A program made the translations under genes and the position numbers. This document shows, piece by piece, positions 55,987-64,000 of a DNA stretch of 64,000 bases. Each line of letters begins with the position of its first letter. The stretch's first letter is position 1. Below the pieces are notes generated by a model that saw only the letters and a list, made by a program, of their open reading frames with translations, ran no database searches and was not told the DNA's origin. The stretch comes from Armatimonadota bacterium (lineage in GTDB: Bacteria; Armatimonadota; Hebobacteria; GCA-020354555; CP070648): NCBI GenBank assembly GCA_035527535.1, contig DATLAK010000182.1:2439-66438 (forward strand). The letters are read 5' to 3'.

Positions 55987-56184
55987 TTGGCGCTGCCCAA
56001 GCGAAGACATTCGAGAAGTCGCACCCACAAGCGACGTGCGAGCAACTTCAAGTTGACGGCACCCAACATCAGCCGCTGCCACCAGTGCCACGAGTTCCGC
56101 TTGCCGCACCAGGCATGCCCGTCCTGCGGGCACTACGCCGGCCGTGCCGCGGTGCAGGTGAAGGCCCGCAAGTCGGAGAAATAG
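55987..56184 (+). CDS. rpmF: 50S ribosomal protein L32
   Basis: MALPKRRHSRSRTHKRRA N-terminus and CxxC...CxxC zinc ribbon. Confidence 0.85.
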   Translation: MALPKRRHSRSRTHKRRASNFKLTAPNISRCHQCHEFRLPHQACPSCGHYAGRAAVQVKARKSEK

Positions 56185-56320
56185 TGGCCCGCGCGCACGG
56201 TAACATCGCTCCCGCCCTGCTCGCAGTCGGCGCGACCCCGGTGTTCCCATTCCCGCGCACGAGGCGCCGGACGGCGCCGGACATGCGGTCGCGCACACCA
56301 CACCCTGAAAGACTGACGAG

Positions 56321-57373
56321 ATGGCAATGCGCATAGCCCTGGACGCCATGGGAGGCGACCACGCGCCGGCTGCGATCGTGGAAGGCGCGGTGCTGGCGGC
56401 GCGTGAGCTCGATATCGGGGTGGCGCTGGTGGGGGACGAGCGCAGCGTCCAGGTCGAGCTCGCCAAGCACGATGCGCCCGCCGGCCGCATTGAAGTGGTG
56501 CACGCCTCCCAGGTGATCGAGATGCACGAATCCCCCGCCACCGCCCTGCGCGCCAAGCTCGATGCGTCCATGATCAGGGCGGTGGACCTGGTGGCGTCCG
56601 GGGATGCGCAAGCGGTGGTTTCGGCCGGCAACTCGGGAGCCTTCATGGGCGCTGCCCTGTGGCGGTTGGGCGCCGTCAAGGGCGTGGCGCGCCCGGCGAT
56701 TGCCGCCCTCCTTCCCGCCCGCAGCGGCAGCATCGTGCTCCTCGACGCCGGCGCCAATTGCGACTGCCGTCCCAAGCACTTGCTGCAATTCGCCATCATG
56801 GGCGATGTCTATGCCCGCCGCGTGCTGCGCATCGCCCATCCCCGGGTGGCGCTCCTCAACATCGGCGAGGAACCCGCCAAGGGCAACGAGCTGACCAAGC
56901 GCGCCTATGCGGTCCTACGCGCCAGCGACCTCAACTTCGTCGGCAACCTCGAGGGCACGGAGTTCGCCAGCGGCAGCGCGGACGTGGTGGTGTGCGATGG
57001 GTTCGTCGGCAACCTCGCGCTCAAGCTGGGGGAGGGGTGGGCGCACCTGTTCGTGGGGCGGCTGCAGCAGGCGCTGGCCCAGGTGTCACCGGCGGTGCGC
57101 GAGGATCAGTCGTTGGCGCGAGCCCTGCACTATCTGCAGCGCACCCTCGACTACTCGGAGTACGGCGGCGCCCTCCTGCTCGGAGTCAAGGCCGTCGTCG
57201 TCATCAGCCACGGGCGCTCGAGCCCCAAGGCGCTCTTCAGCGCCCTGCGCGTGGCCAAGGAGTCCGTCGAGAGCGGGGTGGTGACGGGCGTCGCTCGCTC
57301 CCTCCACGATCGCAGCCTGATCGCCCAGGCCGAAGCCGACCACTCGCAACCGCAGGAGCTGGGCAGCAATTGA
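56321..57373 (+). CDS. plsX: phosphate acyltransferase
   Basis: IALDAMGGDHAP N-terminus and full-length PlsX architecture. Confidence 0.9.
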   Translation: MAMRIALDAMGGDHAPAAIVEGAVLAARELDIGVALVGDERSVQVELAKHDAPAGRIEVVHASQVIEMHESPATALRAKLDASMIRAVDLVASGDAQAVVSAGNSGAFMGAALWRLGAVKGVARPAIAALLPARSGSIVLLDAGANCDCRPKHLLQFAIMGDVYARRVLRIAHPRVALLNIGEEPAKGNELTKRAYAVLRASDLNFVGNLEGTEFASGSADVVVCDGFVGNLALKLGEGWAHLFVGRLQQALAQVSPAVREDQSLARALHYLQRTLDYSEYGGALLLGVKAVVVISHGRSSPKALFSALRVAKESVESGVVTGVARSLHDRSLIAQAEADHSQPQELGSN

Positions 57374-58362
57374 GCGCACCTATCCGCCCCGTCGGTATCA
57401 GCGGCGTCGGCTTCCATGTCCCGCCGCGCGTCCTCACCAACTTCGACCTCGAAAAGTCGGTGGACACCACGGACGAGTGGATCCGCACCCGCACCGGCAT
57501 CATCGAGCGGCGCATCGCCGAGCCCGAGGTGGCCACCTCCGACCTCGGCCTGGAGGCGGCACGCGCGGCGCTCGAACGCGCTCACCTCGACCCCCGCGAG
57601 CTCGACCTCATCATCGTCGCCACCATCACCCCCGACATGGCCTTCCCCGCCACCGCCTGCCTGGTGCAGCACCGCCTCGGCGCCGAGCGCGCCGGCGCCT
57701 TCGACCTGCAAGCGGGGTGCACCGGCTTCGTCTATGCCCTGAGCCTGGCGAGCCAAGTGATCGCCACCGGGGCCTGTGACAACGTCCTCATCATCGGCGC
57801 CGAAGTCCTCTCGCGCATCGTTGACTGGAACGATCGCGCGACCTGCGTCATCTTCGGCGACGGCGCGGGGGCGGCGCTGCTGCAGCCGACCACGCAGGGG
57901 CGAGGCGTCCTCGCCTTCGCGCTGCGCGCGGACGGCTCGGGCAGCGAGGCGCTCAAGCTGCCCGCCGGCGGCTCCCGCCTGCCGACCACCGCCGAGACGG
58001 TGGCGCGCGGCCTGCACTATACCTACATGGACGGCCAGGAGGTCTTCCGCTTCGCCCTGCGCGCGGTCGAGGAAGTAACGCTCGAGTGTCTGCGCCGGGC
58101 GGGATTGACACTGGCGCAGGTGGACCTCATCATCCCCCATCAGGCCAACAGCCGCATCATCGAGGCGTGCGCCAAGCGCCTGGACTTCCCCGAGGACCAC
58201 TGGGTGTGCAATGTTGATCGCTACGGCAACACGTCAGCCGCCTCCATCCCCATCGCCCTCGCCGAGAGCGTCGAGTCGGGCCGGCTGCGCGAGGGGATGG
58301 TGGTGGTGCTGGTGGGCTTTGGCGCGGGGCTCACCCATGGCGCGGTCGTGATTCGGTGGTGA
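57370..58362 (+). CDS. fabH: 3-oxoacyl-ACP synthase III
   Basis: Active-site AGCTGF Cys, His/Asn region; TTG start overlapping plsX TGA. Confidence 0.85.
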   Translation: MSAPIRPVGISGVGFHVPPRVLTNFDLEKSVDTTDEWIRTRTGIIERRIAEPEVATSDLGLEAARAALERAHLDPRELDLIIVATITPDMAFPATACLVQHRLGAERAGAFDLQAGCTGFVYALSLASQVIATGACDNVLIIGAEVLSRIVDWNDRATCVIFGDGAGAALLQPTTQGRGVLAFALRADGSGSEALKLPAGGSRLPTTAETVARGLHYTYMDGQEVFRFALRAVEEVTLECLRRAGLTLAQVDLIIPHQANSRIIEACAKRLDFPEDHWVCNVDRYGNTSAASIPIALAESVESGRLREGMVVVLVGFGAGLTHGAVVIRW

Positions 58363-58373
58363 GCGGGCGGGGC

Positions 58374-59303
58374 ATGGTGACAGACGCTGACGCGGCCTTC
58401 ATCTTTCCCGGGCAGGGCTCCCAGCGCGCGGGCATGGGGCGCGATGTCTGCCAAACCTGGGAGCAGGCGCGCGAGGTCTTCGATCAGGTCTCGCGGGCGA
58501 CCGGATTCGACGTCGCCGAGGCCTGTTTTGAGCAATCCGGGCGCGCCCTCGAATCCACGGCGGTGGCGCAGCCGGCGCTGCTGGCGGTGGAGCTGGCATG
58601 TGCCGCGGTGCTGCGCCGGGGCGGAGTGCGCCCCGCGGCGGTGGCCGGCCACAGCCTGGGCGAGTTCGCCGCGTGGGTGGCGTGCGAGGCCATCGAGCAA
58701 GCCGATGCCGCGCGCCTAGTGGCGCTGCGCGCGCGGGTCATGGAGCGGGCGGCGAGCGACCGTCCGGGGGCGATGGCCGCCATCTTGGGGCTGGAGGCCG
58801 CCCAGGTCGAGGAATTGTGCCGCCAGGCGGCGCGGGCGGGAGTGGTGGTGCCCGCGAACTTCAACGCGCCGGGGCAGGTCGTCATCTCGGGCGAGAAAGA
58901 GGCGGTGCAGCTCGCGGCGCGGCTGGCCGGGGAGCGTGGAGCGAAGACGCGATGGCTCGCCGTCGCGGGCGGTTTTCACTCGCCCCTGATGGCGCCGGCG
59001 GCCGAGAGGTTTGCCGCCGCCCTTGGCGAAGTCAACGCCTCCGAGCCCCAGGTGCCGGTGGCGGCCAATGCGACCGGCGAGCTGGTGCGCACCGCCGACG
59101 AGGTGCGCGCGGCGGCGGCGGCGCAGATGACCGGCGCCGTGCGCTGGGAGAGTTGCGTCCGGCGGCTGCTGAGCCTGGGCCTGCGCCGGTTCTACGAGGT
59201 GGGCCCGGGCAATGTGCTGGCGGGTCTGGTGCGCCGGATCGAGCCGGCGGCCGAGGTCGTCGCCGCCGGCGATGCGGATTCGCTGCGGCGGATCGTGGGT
59301 TGA
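58374..59303 (+). CDS. fabD: malonyl CoA-ACP transacylase
   Basis: FIFPGQGSQ and GHSLGE active-site Ser motif. Confidence 0.85.
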   Translation: MVTDADAAFIFPGQGSQRAGMGRDVCQTWEQAREVFDQVSRATGFDVAEACFEQSGRALESTAVAQPALLAVELACAAVLRRGGVRPAAVAGHSLGEFAAWVACEAIEQADAARLVALRARVMERAASDRPGAMAAILGLEAAQVEELCRQAARAGVVVPANFNAPGQVVISGEKEAVQLAARLAGERGAKTRWLAVAGGFHSPLMAPAAERFAAALGEVNASEPQVPVAANATGELVRTADEVRAAAAAQMTGAVRWESCVRRLLSLGLRRFYEVGPGNVLAGLVRRIEPAAEVVAAGDADSLRRIVG

Positions 59304-59326
59304 GGCGCGACATGGGTGAGGCGGGA

Positions 59327-60076
59327 ATGATTGACCTTCGCGGCCAGACCGCGCTCGTGACCGGGGCGCGCCGCGGTCTCGGGCAGGCCATCGCCGTGGC
59401 CCTGGCGCGGGCGGGGGCGCGGGTCGCCATCAACGACATTGCCGACGGCGCGCACGAGGCGCAGGCGGTGGCAGAGCAGATCCGCGGCGACGGCGGGGAG
59501 GCGCTGGTGGTTGTCGCCGATATCACCGACCCCGCCCAGGTGCAGGCCATGGTGGAGGCGGTGCTGGCGCAGGCGGGCGGGCTTGACATTCTAATCAACA
59601 ACGCCGGCATCACCCGCGACACCTTGCTCGTGCGCATGAGCGACGACGACTGGCGCCGGGTGATTGATATCAACCTCGGCGGCGCCTTCCTGTGCACGCG
59701 CGCGGTCGCGCGCCACATGCTGAAGCACGGGGGCGCGATCGTCAACGTCAGCTCCGTGGTGGGGGTGATGGGCAATGCGGGGCAGGCCAACTACGCCGCC
59801 TCCAAGGCCGGCCTCATCGGCCTCACCAAGAGCTGCGCGCGCGAGCTGGGGCCGCGCGGGGTGCGCGTCAACGCCATCGCCCCCGGGTTCATCGAGAGCG
59901 CGATGACGCAAGCGCTGCCCCCGGAGGCGCGCGCGCGCTGGCTGTCGCAGATCCCGCTGGGGCGTGCGGGCACAGCGCAGGAGGTGGCCGCGGTCACCGT
60001 CTTCCTGGCGTCTCCGGCCGCCGCCTACGTGACCGGGCAAGTGCTGTGCATTGACGGCGGCATGGTGACGGGATGA
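59327..60076 (+). CDS. fabG: 3-oxoacyl-ACP reductase
   Basis: ALVTGARRGLG Rossmann, NNAG, YAASKAG catalytic YxxxK. Confidence 0.85.
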   Translation: MIDLRGQTALVTGARRGLGQAIAVALARAGARVAINDIADGAHEAQAVAEQIRGDGGEALVVVADITDPAQVQAMVEAVLAQAGGLDILINNAGITRDTLLVRMSDDDWRRVIDINLGGAFLCTRAVARHMLKHGGAIVNVSSVVGVMGNAGQANYAASKAGLIGLTKSCARELGPRGVRVNAIAPGFIESAMTQALPPEARARWLSQIPLGRAGTAQEVAAVTVFLASPAAAYVTGQVLCIDGGMVTG

Positions 60077-60206
60077 GGCGCTGGCGGCGATCGGAAGTAC
60101 GCCGTCCGTGATTCGCCCGACGGCGCCGGCCGGCCCGCGGATTCGGGTCTCGGCGGCGCCGCCGCGGCGCGCCGATAGCATCACTATTCGGAGGAGGTGA
60201 CAACCC

Positions 60207-60467
60207 GTGGAGGAAGAGATCTTTGCCAAGGTGAAGAAGCTGGTCGCCGAGGAGCTCAACGTGGACGAGAGCGAGGTCACCGCCGAAGCTACGTTCCAGG
60301 ATGACCTCGGGGCCGACTCCCTCGCCCTGGTCGAACTGATAATGGCGTTCGAGGAGAAGTTCGAGATCGAGAGCATCCCCGACGAGGACGCCGAGCAGAT
60401 CAAGAGCGTCCAGGACGCGGTGACCTATCTCACGCGGCGCAAGCGCGCCGAGGCCGGCACCGCCTGA
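60207..60467 (+). CDS. acpP: acyl carrier protein
   Basis: [12 protein letters not shown] phosphopantetheine-attachment Ser motif. Confidence 0.9.
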   Translation: MEEEIFAKVKKLVAEELNVDESEVTAEATFQDDLGADSLALVELIMAFEEKFEIESIPDEDAEQIKSVQDAVTYLTRRKRAEAGTA

Positions 60468-60513
60468 CCGGCGCCCGCGCGTCCCGCTGCGGGTGCGCGG
60501 CAGGCACCTCACC

Positions 60514-61806
60514 ATGGAGCGACGGGTACTGATAACGGGCCTGGGCGCGGTGACGCCGCTGGCGGTCGGCGTCGCCCCGTCATGGGCGGGCCTCGTCGCC
60601 GGCAAGTCTGGCATCGCGCCCATCGCGGCCTTTGACGCCCGCGAATACACGACCCGCTTCGCGGGCGAAGTGCGCGACTTCGATCCGCTGCCGTTCATGG
60701 AGGCCAAGGACGCCAAGCGCATGGACCGCTTCGCCCAGTTCGCGGTCGCCTCTACGCGCATGGCGGTCGCGGACGCGCGCCTTGACATCTGCGCCCGCCC
60801 GCAGCGGGTGGGCGTGCTCATCGGCACCGGCATCGGCGGCATCCGCACCTGGGAGCAGCAGCACGCGGTGCTGCGCGACAAGGGGCCCAATCGCATCAGC
60901 CCCTTCTTCATCCCCATGGTCATCAACGACATGGCCTCCGGCCAGGTCAGCATCCTGTTCGGCGCCCAGGGGCCCAACCACGCCGTCGTCAGCGCCTGCG
61001 CCACCGGCACCCATGCCATCGGCGACGCCTTCGAGATCATCCGCCGCGGCGACGCCGACGCCATGCTCGCGGGCGGGTCCGAGGCTGCGGTCACGCCGCT
61101 CGGGGTCGGGGGTTTCTGCGCTATGCGCGCCCTATCCACCCGCAACGACGACCCCCAGCGCGCCAGCCGTCCCTTCGACCGCGAGCGCGACGGCTTCGTC
61201 ATTGCCGAGGGCGCGGGGGTGGTGGTGCTGGAGGAGGCGCAGTCGGCCATCGCGCGCGGCGCTCCCATTTACTGCGAGGTCATCGGCTACGGCATGAGCG
61301 CCGACGCCTACCACATCACGGCCCCCGCTCCCGGCGGCGAGGGCGGCGCGCGCGCCATGGCCGCCGCCATCACCCAGGCTGGCATTGAGCCCTGCGACCT
61401 CGACTACATCAACGCCCACGGCACCTCGACCCCGCTCAATGACAAGCTCGAAACCGACGGCATCAAGGCCTGCCTGGGCGCAGCCGCCTACCACACCGCC
61501 ATCAGCTCCACCAAGTCCATGACCGGCCACCTGCTCGGCGCCGCCGGCGGGGTCGAAGCCATCGCCTGTGCGCTTGCCATCACCCAGGGCGTGATTCCCC
61601 CCACCATCAACTACGAGTATCCCGACCCCGAATGCGACCTCGACTACGTGCCCAACCAGGCGCGTCACACGCCGGTGCGAGTGGCGATGTCCAATTCCTT
61701 CGGCTTCGGCGGCCACAACGCCGCCCTCATCTTGCGCGCATGGGACCACGGCGGTGAACCAGCGCACAGCGGCCGGCCCGGTGCCGCAGAAGAAGCAGGG
61801 AAATGA
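60514..61806 (+). CDS. fabF: 3-oxoacyl-ACP synthase II
   Basis: Active-site SACATG Cys, HGTSTPLND and GHLLGAAG His blocks; start at MERRVLITG. Confidence 0.9.
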   Translation: MERRVLITGLGAVTPLAVGVAPSWAGLVAGKSGIAPIAAFDAREYTTRFAGEVRDFDPLPFMEAKDAKRMDRFAQFAVASTRMAVADARLDICARPQRVGVLIGTGIGGIRTWEQQHAVLRDKGPNRISPFFIPMVINDMASGQVSILFGAQGPNHAVVSACATGTHAIGDAFEIIRRGDADAMLAGGSEAAVTPLGVGGFCAMRALSTRNDDPQRASRPFDRERDGFVIAEGAGVVVLEEAQSAIARGAPIYCEVIGYGMSADAYHITAPAPGGEGGARAMAAAITQAGIEPCDLDYINAHGTSTPLNDKLETDGIKACLGAAAYHTAISSTKSMTGHLLGAAGGVEAIACALAITQGVIPPTINYEYPDPECDLDYVPNQARHTPVRVAMSNSFGFGGHNAALILRAWDHGGEPAHSGRPGAAEEAGK

Positions 61807-61927
61807 CCCACAGGGGCAGAATGGCCTATCTGGTCGAGCCGGGGATAGCGTGCGTGCGGGAGCGGACTTCCGCCGCCCGGGGGGTGAGTTCGCGCGCTGC
61901 AGCGGCTCGCTCGGGGAGTGATCTCGC

Positions 61928-63226
61928 ATGAAAACGTGCCCTCGATGCGGCGTTGAAAACAAGCCCGAGAAGGCGGCTTGCTGGAACTGCTGGGCGCCGT
62001 TGGCGCCGCCGGCGGGCGGGGCCCGCCAGCCGGCGCCCACCAGACTGCGGCTGTCGCTGACCATTCCGTGGACGGCGGTGGCGGTGGTGGCGCTGGTGCT
62101 GATCGCGGCGGCCGGCGCTTATTTCTTCCTCCTTGCCAGCAGACCCGCCGACGTCACGCTCCAGTACCTCGATGCGGTGCGCAACGGCAACGAAATCAAG
62201 CGTGACCGACTCGCCACCGCCGACACCAGCGGTCAGTTGCTGCTCCCGCCGGTGCTGATGATCAAGACCGCTCCTGAGGTCGACCGCGCAGGCATCACCA
62301 CCGCCGGAGGACAGGCCGAGGTCCCGGCGAGCTTGCAGCTGACAGTGGATCCGTTCGTGATCGGCCTCGAGCGCGCAGACATCAGTGACGCCCTCATCAA
62401 GCACCTGACACGGGGCCCCGCGCGCGTCAGCGTGGTGCTGGTCAGAGAAGGCCTCAATTGGCGCGTGGACCAGAACCAGACCCGACAGCGAGTAATTGAC
62501 GCTGCGCTGGCCGATATGCCCCCCGATCTCAAGAACCATCTGTGGGTGGCCGGGCTCCGCAGCCCCGCGGGGGCGCCGGCGTCGCCGCCGGCTGGTGCGG
62601 CCGTGCCCGCGCCCCCGGCGCTGACGCGCGCAGCCGGCATTCCGCTAACGCCGTCGCCTCCCGTCGCGCCTTCACCAGTCCCAACACCTAGCGCCGCCGC
62701 CCCCACAACCCCGGCCGCCCCTGGGGCTCAGCCGCCACCGGCGCCACAGCCCTACGGGCAGCCGGCGGGCACTCCCACCGCACCCGCGATGCCTGATATG
62801 GGGTCCCCGACGGGAACCCCCATGGCCACTGCTACCGGCTCGGGAGCGTGGCTGCCCATCGTCATGGCGCTCGGCCTCTGGCTGGTGGTCGTGCTGGTGG
62901 TCATCATCTACCTGTATTCTGCTTTCTGTCTCTACTCCATCGCCAAGAAGGCGCGGTCATCCGAGCCGTTGTGGACGGCGTGGGTGCCAATCGCCAATAT
63001 CTACCTCATGTGCAAGCTTGGGGGCGTGCCGGGGTGGTGGACCATCGTCTGCGTCATCCCGTACGTCAATGTCCTGGCCGTTCTATGGCCCTTGTTTCAA
63101 CTGCCGACCGCGATCGGGAGGACCGGCGCCGAGAGGATCCTCATGCTGCTGCCGGTCGTCAACTTGATCTACATGGGTTATCTGGCGTTCTCTGCCGAGC
63201 CCGTTCGGCTGGCCGCCACGCCCTAA
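61928..63226 (+). CDS. zinc-ribbon membrane protein with Pro-rich linker
   Basis: N-terminal CPRCG...CWNC ribbon, TM, ~150-aa domain, long P/A/T-rich linker, C-terminal 4-TM module. Confidence 0.45.
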   Translation: MKTCPRCGVENKPEKAACWNCWAPLAPPAGGARQPAPTRLRLSLTIPWTAVAVVALVLIAAAGAYFFLLASRPADVTLQYLDAVRNGNEIKRDRLATADTSGQLLLPPVLMIKTAPEVDRAGITTAGGQAEVPASLQLTVDPFVIGLERADISDALIKHLTRGPARVSVVLVREGLNWRVDQNQTRQRVIDAALADMPPDLKNHLWVAGLRSPAGAPASPPAGAAVPAPPALTRAAGIPLTPSPPVAPSPVPTPSAAAPTTPAAPGAQPPPAPQPYGQPAGTPTAPAMPDMGSPTGTPMATATGSGAWLPIVMALGLWLVVVLVVIIYLYSAFCLYSIAKKARSSEPLWTAWVPIANIYLMCKLGGVPGWWTIVCVIPYVNVLAVLWPLFQLPTAIGRTGAERILMLLPVVNLIYMGYLAFSAEPVRLAATP

Positions 63227-63344
63227 GCTCGACGCTGGCGCCCCCCTGGCGCAGGGGCAAGGCATGCCCTGGTCCCATTTCGCCACCCTACCGGGCGGCG
63301 GGCCCCAGGAGACGAGGCCGGCGCGCAGCAGCAACGGTCCTCCA

Positions 63345-64000
63345 TGAAACCTCTGCTCTGCTCCTTGAAAGCGCTCATCTTTGACTTCGACGGCACCCTC
63401 GCCGCCGCCGGCTACGATTTCGACGCCATGCGCGCCGGCGTGCGCGCGCTGGCCGCCGACCACGGCGTGACCGCCGCCGACCTCGACGGCCTCTACGTTC
63501 TGGAAGCGGTGGCGCGAGCGGCCGACCTCATCGGCCGCGAGACCCTTGCCGGCCGCGCTTTCCGTGAGTCCGCCGAGCGCCTCATTCTCGACCTGGAGCT
63601 GCGCGGCGCGCGACACGCCTCCCTGCTGCCCGGCGTCGAGCCGGCGCTGGCGGCCCTGCGCCGCGCCGGATTGCGAATCGCGGTCGTCACCCGCAACTCC
63701 CACGCCGCGGTTGACACCATCGCCGGCGTCGCGGGCCTGGCGTGCGACGCTTTCCTCACTCGCGAGGAGACGCCCAGGGTCAAGCCCCACCCCGAGCACC
63801 TCTTACGGGCGCTTGACGCCGTCGGCGCCGACCCGCAGCACGCCGCCATGGTCGGCGACCATCCGATGGATGTGACGGCGGGCAAGGCGGCGGGCGTGAC
63901 TACCATCGGCGTGCTCACCGGCGCCGGCACCCGCGAGTCCCTGGCCGCCGCCGGCGCCGACCTCATCGTCGGGTCGGTGGTGGAGCTGGCCCCCATGCTC
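63345..64000 (+). CDS. HAD-superfamily hydrolase (phosphoglycolate phosphatase-like), 3'-truncated by window end
   Basis: Motif I FDFDGTL, motif II VVTRNS, motif IV GDHPMD; open at window edge so absent from ORF track. Confidence 0.6.

Noticed and set aside
1-64000. CRISPR arrays, rRNA genes, IS elements/transposases, integrases
   Set aside because: No regularly spaced direct repeats, no rRNA-like conserved stretches, and no DDE/tyrosine-recombinase motifs found in any frame.

Overview
This window is a very GC-rich (about 70% by eye) bacterial chromosomal segment. The six-frame ORF track is heavily over-called because of the GC content: many long antisense ORFs and N-terminally over-extended ORFs. 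I re-called starts wherever a conserved N-terminus or Shine-Dalgarno sequence was visible. Housekeeping genes recognisable from hallmark motifs: ispH, lepB, rsmB, fmt, def, priA, metK, coaBC, gmk, ftsE/ftsX, a SEDS protein, a NifS-type cysteine desulfurase, rfbB, and the rpmF-plsX-fabH-fabD-fabG-acpP-fabF block. Between these lie several accessory modules. (1) A 3.6-14.5 kb envelope-glycosylation island: GT4, GT2, GT4, four consecutive large polytopic GT-C-like membrane proteins (one ArnT/PMT-like, one YfhO-family) and a small ArnE/F-like DMT protein start-coupled to YfhO. (2) A corrinoid protein plus RamA-like reductive activase pair inserted between rsmB and fmt, with two unlinked URO-D/MtaA-like genes elsewhere. 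(3) Two toxin-antitoxin modules: HEPN/MNT, and a DUF1778/GNAT (TacAT-like) pair in a low-GC islet. (4) A tandem pair of UDP-GlcNAc 2-epimerase paralogs with a WecC/WbpA-like dehydrogenase. (5) A GIY-YIG gene in a low-GC stretch next to a tRNA-Met(CAU). The intergenic spacers carry at least three families of palindromic REP-like repeats plus a pair of ~70-95 bp inverted repeats flanking a two-gene unit. Two near-consensus sigma70-type promoters are visible. No CRISPR array, rRNA or transposase was recognised.
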